Part shown: positions 9,864-17,774 of the stretch, piece by piece
Layout: each line of letters opens with the position of its first letter
How positions within the stretch are numbered: the first letter of the stretch is position 1
Source: a virus
Taxonomy: Duplodnaviria > Caudoviricetes
DNA: 35,375 nt
Virus record (IMG/VR): IMGVR_UViG_3300040985_001531
Location: 1-35,375 of that record
Reading direction: 5' to 3' (one strand)
Made by a program: the position numbers and the translations under genes
The notes under the pieces: generated by a model
What the model saw: the letters and a program-made list of their open reading frames with translations, nothing else
Database searches by the model: none
What the model was told of the DNA's origin: nothing

Positions 9864-10697
9864 TTAACCTTCCAACTCTAAGAACTCAAGTTTAGCTTGA
9901 ACTCTAACGGGCATGGGCGTGTGTTTATCCACATTACTCTTCTTACGTATGCGGGTATCTCTGATGCTGTTAGGATAACTGACCACTGTATATGATGGGT
10001 TAATAAAGTAGGTGAGGCCGATACGCATACCGTCTTTAAAACGGCTAGAATTGTTAATCTTCAATTTACCGTCTACAACCTCATATCCCTGGTTAGGGCC
10101 TCGCCAATCAACAGTATGATCACCATCAACCTCAGCTAGCCCAGTGTCGGGATCTGTTATATGTAAGTAGATGATGTCATGAGTCTCTTCACCACCCGCA
10201 AGGGACACAGTACGGCTCGCAATAGGAAAGCGTAAATTATAAGACCTCCCCGCCACAGCACCACTCGGATGCGTTAGGTCGAATGTTTCACGATAAAGCA
10301 TAACGCTGTCTACTAAAGTGAAGCGGTCACCAAACACAGGTAAATGCTCAGGGTTCAGTGTTACACTGACTAAGCCTTCTCTATAGCCGCCATAACGTGC
10401 GTTTAGGTATTCGCCCTCGGCATTAGACACGATAGCTTGGATCTCCTGCGGCGAGTGATACACAAGTCCTGTACCATTACACACAGGGCAGCCCATGACG
10501 TTACCTACGCCGCTATCTATATCGTCAACATCCGTAAGGTCAAAACCTCTATCTTCTGATTTAGGCTGACAGGGACACTCCCCTGCTTGTTTCCACTCAA
10601 CCTTTAAACCCTTTTGGGCGATAAGTCGCCTAAAGGTATTCATATCAAAATCAGCCCTTGTTAAGGATAGGGACTGTTCTACTGATGGGAAATCCAT
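9864..10697 (-). CDS. Neck / head-closure protein with a CPC...CPVCNGTG Zn-finger-like motif
   Basis: VEWKQAGECPC...CPVCNGTGLVY and GDRFTL match the pattern of the SPO1/Twort-type neck protein found at this position. Confidence 0.65.
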   Translation of the reverse strand: MDFPSVEQSLSLTRADFDMNTFRRLIAQKGLKVEWKQAGECPCQPKSEDRGFDLTDVDDIDSGVGNVMGCPVCNGTGLVYHSPQEIQAIVSNAEGEYLNARYGGYREGLVSVTLNPEHLPVFGDRFTLVDSVMLYRETFDLTHPSGAVAGRSYNLRFPIASRTVSLAGGEETHDIIYLHITDPDTGLAEVDGDHTVDWRGPNQGYEVVDGKLKINNSSRFKDGMRIGLTYFINPSYTVVSYPNSIRDTRIRKKSNVDKHTPMPVRVQAKLEFLELEG

Positions 10698-10710
10698 AAT
10701 AGTCTACTCC

Positions 10711-11688
10711 TTAAACGCTGAACATGTTCATCATGCGGTACTTAGCTCTGAGGGCAGCCATCGTATCTTTAAGTTGTTTCTGGTAACTAATAATCCTAGC
10801 ACCATAGCCTGCTGAGGTTGCTGAAGCGGTAGTGGCGATAGACTGTGTTAACCCGTCGACGCCTACGCTAAATTGACCGACGCCAGCTCCAGCGATGAGA
10901 TCACCCGCAATATCGAGAGGTGCCATCGCCGCAAGTAGGCCAATACACTTAATAAGTAGTGGGTCAACAGTGTGCAGCACATAATCAATGGTCATGTCAC
11001 CAGTGGTAGGAGCGGTAGTTACAGAAATAGTAAAACTATCTGTCGCTGAAGCTCTTACTCTGGCCCCGACGCCACCTTGAGCGTCGGTCACGGTAAGGAC
11101 TACTGTAGGTTTAACACCTAATAAAGGCTCAGCAATAGCTATCTCAACAGATGTATCGCCTTGCGGTATTACCGCAGTGCCTTCGATGAATGTAAACCCC
11201 GAACGGTAACTTATACTGAAGTAGCCTGGCACATAATTGTACGGCGAGAATACATCACCGAATAACAAAGGCACACCGCTTCTAAAGAAGAATGAGCCTA
11301 GTGTTTGAGATGTCGGCACCATGTTGATCTGCCCGTGTTGGCCGTTAGTAATAACAGCCCACTCTTTAGGTATATCAACAGCATTATAGTTACCTAGTGT
11401 TATATTAATACCCTCGACAGACTTAACAGGTCTATGGTCGAGGCTAAATGGATAAAAGGCGTTTTTATTTTCAACACGAGCATCGTGTCTCTCTTCTTTT
11501 ACCGTAAATGGATCTATGGTGACGCCTAACTCCATCTCTAAGAAGTTGATAGCACCATCAATAGCCTGCTCGTAAATTACGTCAGGGTAGGGGCTGCCAT
11601 CATCGAGAGTTAGATCAACACCTAGAACAAAAGTATCTTTTATGAATTGAGGGGTTATAAGGTCACGGATAGCCATGTGTTTATACAC
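10711..11688 (-). CDS. Head-tail adaptor (neck) protein; start may be ATG at 11676
   Basis: AINFLEMELGVTI, ISYRSGF and GDLIAGAGVGQFSVGVDGLTQSIATTASATSAGYGARI are characteristic of SPO1/Twort-type adaptors. Confidence 0.7.
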   Translation of the reverse strand: MYKHMAIRDLITPQFIKDTFVLGVDLTLDDGSPYPDVIYEQAIDGAINFLEMELGVTIDPFTVKEERHDARVENKNAFYPFSLDHRPVKSVEGINITLGNYNAVDIPKEWAVITNGQHGQINMVPTSQTLGSFFFRSGVPLLFGDVFSPYNYVPGYFSISYRSGFTFIEGTAVIPQGDTSVEIAIAEPLLGVKPTVVLTVTDAQGGVGARVRASATDSFTISVTTAPTTGDMTIDYVLHTVDPLLIKCIGLLAAMAPLDIAGDLIAGAGVGQFSVGVDGLTQSIATTASATSAGYGARIISYQKQLKDTMAALRAKYRMMNMFSV

Positions 11689-11743
11689 CTTTCAAATGAT
11701 GTTTTGGGGATAAACGCAGTGAGTCTCGTAGACCTCCCCTATC

Positions 11744-12094
11744 TCAATCCTGTTTGTCTTTAGGTGACTTACGTCGTGATTTTGAAGAGGCACGCTTCCG
11801 ACTGCTTTTAGTAGATGTCATTATATCACACTCGGCGTCATCTGAGGTAGAAGCCTCAGGCTCAACCTTAGGCTCAACCTTAGGCTCAACCTTAGGCTCA
11901 ACCTTAGGCTCAACCTTAGGTATCTTTGCTGGTGCGATATAGCTAAAAGCTGAATTTAGACCTAATAGTGTGTGAAGCTCTTCATCAACCTCTGAAAGTA
12001 CGACGCCATCTGCGGAAAGGTTTAGAGTCCATCTGCTAAACTTAATAGACATAGGTCTGTTAGTCAGGCTCAATCTTCTTTTATACTTCCACAT
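11744..12094 (-). CDS. Small hypothetical protein after the capsid gene, with PKVE repeats and a basic tail
   Basis: 116 aa with an AAGGAG RBS. A small low-complexity ORF follows the capsid gene in related gene orders. Confidence 0.7.
   Translation of the reverse strand: MWKYKRRLSLTNRPMSIKFSRWTLNLSADGVVLSEVDEELHTLLGLNSAFSYIAPAKIPKVEPKVEPKVEPKVEPKVEPEASTSDDAECDIMTSTKSSRKRASSKSRRKSPKDKQD
11858..11920. repeat. Perfect 12-bp tandem repeat aggctcaacctt x5 (PKVE x5)
   Basis: Five identical units at 11858-11917 plus a partial agg. Confidence 0.95.
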
Positions 12095-12116
12095 GGTTGT
12101 CTCCTTTCAACCTATC

Positions 12117-13580
12117 TTATGTACGGGTAACGCCTGTAGTGCTAAGGCCGCAGTTGTCCATCAAGAACATCTTGCTAGGCACCTTAACGATGGGTGATCC
12201 GAAGAGCATAAGGAGGAAAGGCTTAACTGAAGCAGTCTCGGCCAATGGACGACGGATGAAGTCCAAAAGTCTAACGAACTCCATAACCTGTGGGTCATGT
12301 TGAGCGAAGAGGATAGGTGAGCAGTCATATTTCTGACCGTTATTACCATCATCAAGATCAGTAAAGACAGTAGCGACGGCACCACCAGCACAAGGAAGCT
12401 CTGCGATCAAACGATAGCTTGCGTCGGTAGCTGCACCGTTAGCTGCTGAGCGGTAGATACGGTAGTAGCGAGGAGCTTGTGAAGCACCACGAACCAAACC
12501 TGTAGCTGCGATGGTAAGTACAGCCTCTTCATCTTCGTTGATGTTAACAGCGGCAGATTTAACTGGAGCTGAGAAGCCTTGGTCACCAACAGCAACCACT
12601 GCATACTTATACTCAGGATCGCCTGCGACGAACTGTGAAGTACCATTAACAGTCTCACCCTGAGCAGCAGCTGAAGTGATAGTAGGATCAACAGGAGCCA
12701 ATGAACCGAAGCCAGCAGCAGGCATACGACTTGCGAAGTGCAAGAATGGAGCAGCTTTAACAGGTACAGCACCGAATGGAGCCATGATGTTAAGTTGAGA
12801 CTGTCCGAAAGTAAGACTTCCACTTTGAGCTACTTGGAACTGATCATGACGGCCTGACTCAACGCTTTGCTTAATAAGCTCAGCGTGCATACGAGGCTCA
12901 ACATAGATGCAGTCAGGGCGACCAAAGTTAGGAGCTGAATAAACTTCACCTAATGCTTCTTGAAGAAGAAGAGGAGTAGGAGCAGAACCTGCGAGATCAA
13001 GAACATTCTGACTTGCACCATCACGAACTTGCTTAAGGATTCCGTCAAAACCCTTCTCTTGAAGACTCTCGTTACCGTACCATAATTGTCTTTCGACCTT
13101 ACGCATAAGGTTCATGGTTCCACGCATAGTCTCTTCAGCTACAGCCTGGCGATTGTCACCGATCATACCGACCAAAGAAGCGACATCTGAAATTTGACGA
13201 CGCTCTGCCATGTACTTAATCTTTACCGATTTTCTCTCATAGCTACTATTGTTAGTAACGAAATCAGATTCAGCTCCGCCACCTTCGCCGATGAAAGGAT
13301 CGACATCAAAACCATGATCATTTACAACTACATACTCATGAAGAGTCGAGCTGACTGAGGTCTTAGGAATCATAGGCCAGAGGCTGAGTTCCTGCATGGT
13401 GTGAGTAGCAGAACTAAGGCTGCCTTCGATGCTTTGAGGTACTAATGGGCTTAATGCTCCATTTTCAGCACCAGCAGTGACGGCACCAGTTTGGTAGCCA
13501 ACATTGGATTTGCGGAGACTATCGTTAAGTCTAACGAGGTCTTCTACATTAACCATTTCATTGTTTCCTGGGATATTCAT
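12117..13580 (-). CDS. Major capsid protein (SPO1/Twort-like, with an FN3-like insertion)
   Basis: 487 aa with QSIEGSL, STLHEY, RKSVKIKYMAERRQIS, LWYGN...FDGILK and the YKYAVVAV...SAP...YYRIYRS insertion. Probable maturation site K24-S25. Confidence 0.92.
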   Translation of the reverse strand: MNIPGNNEMVNVEDLVRLNDSLRKSNVGYQTGAVTAGAENGALSPLVPQSIEGSLSSATHTMQELSLWPMIPKTSVSSTLHEYVVVNDHGFDVDPFIGEGGGAESDFVTNNSSYERKSVKIKYMAERRQISDVASLVGMIGDNRQAVAEETMRGTMNLMRKVERQLWYGNESLQEKGFDGILKQVRDGASQNVLDLAGSAPTPLLLQEALGEVYSAPNFGRPDCIYVEPRMHAELIKQSVESGRHDQFQVAQSGSLTFGQSQLNIMAPFGAVPVKAAPFLHFASRMPAAGFGSLAPVDPTITSAAAQGETVNGTSQFVAGDPEYKYAVVAVGDQGFSAPVKSAAVNINEDEEAVLTIAATGLVRGASQAPRYYRIYRSAANGAATDASYRLIAELPCAGGAVATVFTDLDDGNNGQKYDCSPILFAQHDPQVMEFVRLLDFIRRPLAETASVKPFLLMLFGSPIVKVPSKMFLMDNCGLSTTGVTRT

Positions 13581-13595
13581 ATCAGAAGTCTCCTA

Positions 13596-14132
13596 TTAAA
13601 GATTAAGATCAGTGGCGATTGCAACTGGGTCAAGGTTAGAGTCAAGTTGAGCGATGCTCTTCATTAAGGACGCTTTACGGTCACCGAAAGCACCAGCTTT
13701 AAGTTCAGCTATGCACTTGGCCATAACGTAACCTTTAGTGATAGGTGCCTCGGTAGTTACACTTTGGGCATCTGCGGGTGCTGCTTCAGCCTCTGCGACG
13801 ACTACAGCTTTAGGGGCGGCTGGAACTTCACCAAGATCTTTAAGACCTTTTTCAAGTTTAGCATTAAGCTCTCCGAGTTTAGTACCGAGAAGAGCATCAA
13901 GACTATCAAGCCGCTCTAAGATACCTTCGATGCCTTTTGATAAAGACTCTACAGCTTCTTTATTTTGAGCAACGATAGCATCAGCACCTTTAGCGATAAC
14001 TTCTACGCTATTGTCGATGTCGGTGTCAGCGTCAGCGGTAGCCTCTGCTTGAGCAACGAGGCTCTTGTTCATGTCAACAAGTAAAGCCTCAATTCGGGTA
14101 AGGTCAGCAGCCTGGTCAATTTGGTCAGACAT
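13596..14132 (-). CDS. Putative scaffold protein; start revised from 14303 to ATG 14132
   Basis: GGAGG RBS 5 nt before ATG 14132 (MSDQIDQ). It is an acidic coiled-coil protein between protease and capsid genes, with many K-[SG] sites. Confidence 0.65.
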   Translation of the reverse strand: MSDQIDQAADLTRIEALLVDMNKSLVAQAEATADADTDIDNSVEVIAKGADAIVAQNKEAVESLSKGIEGILERLDSLDALLGTKLGELNAKLEKGLKDLGEVPAAPKAVVVAEAEAAPADAQSVTTEAPITKGYVMAKCIAELKAGAFGDRKASLMKSIAQLDSNLDPVAIATDLNL

Positions 14133-14163
14133 AGTATCCTCCATAATAGGGATGTTGGGAGTG

Positions 14164-15189
14164 TTAAGAGTGATAACTTTTCGCTGCCGATAATAGCTTT
14201 CGAGCCATAGCTCGTTGCTCAGAAGCAGGAAGTTGGGGAAAAACTTTACCAAGTAAGGTTTGCATCTGCGGCAATGATACCATAGGTGGGGTAATAGAGG
14301 CACTCTTTTCGGCGTCCGTTACTTTATCACCTTGGTAGTAGCCTTTGGCCTGGTCCATCATCTTCTCTACTTCGTCGGACATCATCTTAGCCATTTCTTC
14401 TTTCATGACACGACGCATCATGCCTTCCATAAGATTGGCCATTGACTCATCATCCGTAGTAGAGGTTTTATTAGAAGGCTGCCCGTCAAGTGATTGAGTG
14501 GCTAATGGCGACAACGCTGCTTCAGGGTCAGGCACCGTCATAGACTGCACGCCTACGAGTCCTTTATTAGTTTGCTCACCAGTCATAGATGCCTCTTCAG
14601 TGTTAATAACTTCCGCTAGTGTATCAGACGGAATGCTGATTTCACTAATATTAGTTTGCTCATCATCTAATTCTAACAGACTTCTAGCTAAAACTTCTAG
14701 TCGAGCATCAGGATTAACGGGGTGGGCTGTTACCGACACATTTAGTATCCTAGCCTTAGTGATGATCTTTGGATCTTTATTATCACGTTCAAGTACTTGG
14801 CCTTCTACCGAGAAACCAATAGAGCGACCGTCAGCCGCCTTTTGGATTGCTTTAGCAGATTCATATACCTCTTTAGCTCGGGGTCTATCTAGGAGCAGGT
14901 AACCTTCAATCATAGTGGCTTGCTTGCCCTCAAAAACAGCAGGTCTAACTACTGTGGGGTAGCCTACAATATGCTCAGGCCCTTGTTGATGCTCATAATT
15001 TAACCATCCACGTTTTAAAAAGTAATCCCAGTCGCAACCGCTCTGTATAATACTGTCACCCTGAAGGTCTTTAGCCTCAGTACTAACTATGCCTGCGATT
15101 GGCCCCTTGAGGGGTTCCTCTTGTCCGTCTTGAGCTTTTTGGATATTTATTGGTGTCCATACCGAGAATAGATCAACTGGTTTGTTCAT
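14164..15189 (-). CDS. Prohead maturation protease with a C-terminal scaffold-like extension
   Basis: IAGIVSTEAKDLQGD, GWLNYEH, IVGYP, IGFSVEGQVLER and VSVTAHPVNPDA are HK97-like/SPO1-like prohead serine protease motifs. Confidence 0.88.
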   Translation of the reverse strand: MNKPVDLFSVWTPINIQKAQDGQEEPLKGPIAGIVSTEAKDLQGDSIIQSGCDWDYFLKRGWLNYEHQQGPEHIVGYPTVVRPAVFEGKQATMIEGYLLLDRPRAKEVYESAKAIQKAADGRSIGFSVEGQVLERDNKDPKIITKARILNVSVTAHPVNPDARLEVLARSLLELDDEQTNISEISIPSDTLAEVINTEEASMTGEQTNKGLVGVQSMTVPDPEAALSPLATQSLDGQPSNKTSTTDDESMANLMEGMMRRVMKEEMAKMMSDEVEKMMDQAKGYYQGDKVTDAEKSASITPPMVSLPQMQTLLGKVFPQLPASEQRAMARKLLSAAKSYHS

Positions 15190-15940
15190 CTGTGGCTCCT
15201 ATTGTAGTGAGTTTAGAGGTGTGGTTTTTCTGCACCCACGTAGATAGATTAGATTGCTGCTCTTGAGTAACAGTACCTGCCTCAAGTTGAACACCTATTA
15301 TACCTAATAATTGTTCTAAAGCCGAATCATAACTATCTTCTTCACGATAGCAGTGCGTCAATATTAAATGTAGAGCTAGGTCGATAGCCTTTACCTTAGT
15401 TATTTCACCTCGGTCCATATAATAATCAGGGATGCACAGTTTCTCCAGAGTAACCTCCGCAGGTGATAAGCCTGTGCCTCGGCACTGGTCATATATATCC
15501 CACCTGTCTGTCACTATATCTAAATAGTGATCGACTCCACACACATGTGCCGTAATGGCTCTTCTAACGTCAGCCTCTAGGTGGTAGTTCTTTATAGACA
15601 CAAAGCCGTCATGGAAGAGCGTGTTAAGGATGTAAATAACCTGATCACGCATAACCCTGGCAGGCTTATGGCTCATGGCGAAGCAGGCCGCTAAAGCAAA
15701 ATCTAAATCAAAGTATTGTGTGTGAGGCTTACCTCTGAAAGCCGCTCGCTTAGCAGCCTTTATTAATTCATCAGTCCTAGGACGAATAGTTCTAAATGGT
15801 GCGGCGTCGGAATATAAGACTTTGTTCCGTAAAGCGGTTTCACCCATCTCAAGGTAGGCGGCCAGATCACGGATCTTAATCCACGCCTTTGATGAGGAGC
15901 CTACATTAATAAACGGTAATTTTAAAAACTTTTTAGCCAT
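15173..15940 (-). CDS. Divergent RhuM-like putative DNA-binding protein; start revised from 15955 to ATG 15940
   Basis: YFDLDFALAACFAMSHKPARVMRDQVIYILNTLFHDGFV aligns by eye with the RhuM pattern YNLDAIISVGYRVNSKRATQFRxWAxxxLxEYxxKGF, and IPDYYMDRGEI with IAKNYLxxxEL. GGAG lies 9 nt before ATG 15940. Confidence 0.5.
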   Translation of the reverse strand: MAKKFLKLPFINVGSSSKAWIKIRDLAAYLEMGETALRNKVLYSDAAPFRTIRPRTDELIKAAKRAAFRGKPHTQYFDLDFALAACFAMSHKPARVMRDQVIYILNTLFHDGFVSIKNYHLEADVRRAITAHVCGVDHYLDIVTDRWDIYDQCRGTGLSPAEVTLEKLCIPDYYMDRGEITKVKAIDLALHLILTHCYREEDSYDSALEQLLGIIGVQLEAGTVTQEQQSNLSTWVQKNHTSKLTTIGATDEQTS

Positions 15941-15952
15941 ACAAATACACTC

Positions 15953-16103
15953 CATATACCCACTAGGTTAGTGGTCATACTTTATAAGATAGCACATAGT
16001 AACCACTAACGCTAACATATACCCACTAACATATACCCACTAACATTGTTACTGGGCATGCACGTATCCACTAACATATACCCACTAACATATACCCACT
16101 AAC
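15953..16103. repeat. Iteron-like 14-bp direct repeats CATATACCCACTAA
   Basis: Perfect copies at 16016, 16030, 16075 and 16089; a near copy at 15953 and a degenerate one at about 16061. The core CCACTAAC is also at 16003 and inverted (GTTAGTGG) at 15967 and 16341. Confidence 0.9.
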
Positions 16104-16355
16104 TGCATGTTCGGTAGTATTTGAGGCATAATATCAAAAAGTGGCACATAGGTGGAGCGGGGTTAAGTGTATGTAATGTATTCATAATATGCCTGGATTG
16201 GTCAATACCTTCATAAATAACATTTCTAGTAAAGTATATATTGTTTGTATAACTACACCTATAAGGTGAGGCTGTAAACAATACATGTAAAAAGCTGAAA
16301 GTTTGGGAAACGAGGTGGCAAAGTGGCAAAGTGACCATGTGTTAGTGGCCATATA

Positions 16356-17774
16356 CTATCGCTTATGCTCCGCCCATAGGTCTTTGTCGGAGGTGTTTCT
16401 CGTGGTGCCACCTGTACAGAAGGAGCAGGCTCTAGCCCTGCCCCAACTCTCTTGAGAGGCACTACGACTACGACCGTCTGTTACCCAGGCTTCTACTCCC
16501 CGAGCATATACCTTGTCTAATATAGATCGGGACACACCCGACACCTTTGCTGCCGCCCGTAAGAACTCCTCCTCACCATGCTCTCCTGCTTCCGCACGCA
16601 CTCTAGCTACAAATGCCTCGCCTCCAGTATTGGTTTTCTCATCCACCACCTGGCCGTCAACGTTTTTTGCACCTTTATTTAGTTTTATGCTTTTCTGTAT
16701 CTCCTGTTTACGCTTTTGTAGCTCTATGCCTTTCAACCCCTCAAGTAACATGGGAGGTACTTTAGGTTCGGCCTTCGTTATGACGGCTAACATGGCTTCG
16801 CCGCCGACAGCTAAAGCGTTCTTCCTCATACCAGGCTCGTCTATAAATGATAAATAGCCCTGTAACAGACTTAGGTCAACCTTAGCCCACTGACCTTTAC
16901 AGATGTAAAGTCCTTGTCGCCTAGCCTTACGTTCAACACCGTGTATGTTACGTCCCTTCTTTGCGATCTTCTTAATCTTGACGTGATCATAGGGCGACAC
17001 AATTACCTCAGGCACAAAATCAACCTCCATTAACCTCGGCTCAGGAGGTATTGGTCGAGGCGGTAAGGGTGGAGGTACTTCAGGAGCAGGATCCGTATCG
17101 GGTAGTTCGTCGTCATCACCTACTAAATCTATGACCACCACACCCTTATCCACCTTATCTTCTTCTTCTTGAATAGCCTCCTCTAGTTCTTTGTCCGTAA
17201 GAGGTTTATCTTCAGGAGCCGTGGCGTCTTTAGGGGCTTCTACTAGTTCAATATCCGACTCTTCTACGTCTGTCTCTTCATCAGCATCAGCCTCGATACG
17301 TTTACGGCCCTTGGTGTCCATGTAGTCTTTTTTACGGGTAGCCGCCTTTAACAACGCACTGAAGCTACTAATAGGCTCCGCTTCAATCATAGGCTCAACC
17401 TCTACAGATGGTTCATCTTCAGGGAAGTCATCACCGAATAAAGACATGGCCAAGAAGCTGCCCTTCTCGACTTTTTCTTCTTGTTTAACTATGCGTTTAG
17501 CCCAAGCGTATCCAGCGTCACCACCACATAAATCCCAACTAATTTTTGCTGCGGATGTAGGAGCCTCCTGATGTTCTTTAGATGCCTTATGTCTATTGAA
17601 GAAGGCCAACATACCTTTAATCACCCTATACGGGACTGTGCCTTGCACAAGGCTGGATGCACGCCGAACACTCGATTCAACTCCTTCTTTCCTGGCCTGC
17701 TGAGCGACAATACCGCACTCAGCAGCATCTCTAACTGACTGAGGTACCTTAAATGTTTTCGATTGATTGGACAT
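16356..17774 (-). CDS. Multi-domain head-module protein: two related small helical domains, an acidic/Pro linker and a C-terminal DUF5824-like domain
   Basis: AAGGAG RBS, overlapping the portal end. The N-domain carries MLAFFNRH...ISWDLCGGDAGYAW; the C-terminus reads SGVSRSILDKVYARGVEAW...ESWGRARACSF...DKDLW. Confidence 0.6.
   Translation of the reverse strand: MSNQSKTFKVPQSVRDAAECGIVAQQARKEGVESSVRRASSLVQGTVPYRVIKGMLAFFNRHKASKEHQEAPTSAAKISWDLCGGDAGYAWAKRIVKQEEKVEKGSFLAMSLFGDDFPEDEPSVEVEPMIEAEPISSFSALLKAATRKKDYMDTKGRKRIEADADEETDVEESDIELVEAPKDATAPEDKPLTDKELEEAIQEEEDKVDKGVVVIDLVGDDDELPDTDPAPEVPPPLPPRPIPPEPRLMEVDFVPEVIVSPYDHVKIKKIAKKGRNIHGVERKARRQGLYICKGQWAKVDLSLLQGYLSFIDEPGMRKNALAVGGEAMLAVITKAEPKVPPMLLEGLKGIELQKRKQEIQKSIKLNKGAKNVDGQVVDEKTNTGGEAFVARVRAEAGEHGEEEFLRAAAKVSGVSRSILDKVYARGVEAWVTDGRSRSASQESWGRARACSFCTGGTTRNTSDKDLWAEHKR

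Noticed and set aside
1-11688. Extracellular contractile injection system or tailocin
   Set aside because: Portal, protease, capsid and terminase genes are all present and look intact, so this is a phage.
14133-14303. N-terminal extension of the scaffold ORF in the track
   Set aside because: It overlaps the protease gene out of frame, and a GGAGG RBS marks ATG 14132.
15953-16103. Mini CRISPR array, suggested by the Cas4-like gene elsewhere in the window
   Set aside because: Repeats are only 14 bp and mostly head-to-tail without unique ~30-bp spacers, and no cas1/cas2 is present.
16099-16462. ORFs 16099-16338 and 16259-16462
   Set aside because: Non-ATG starts, atypical composition and a location in the repeat/AT-rich region; more likely non-coding.
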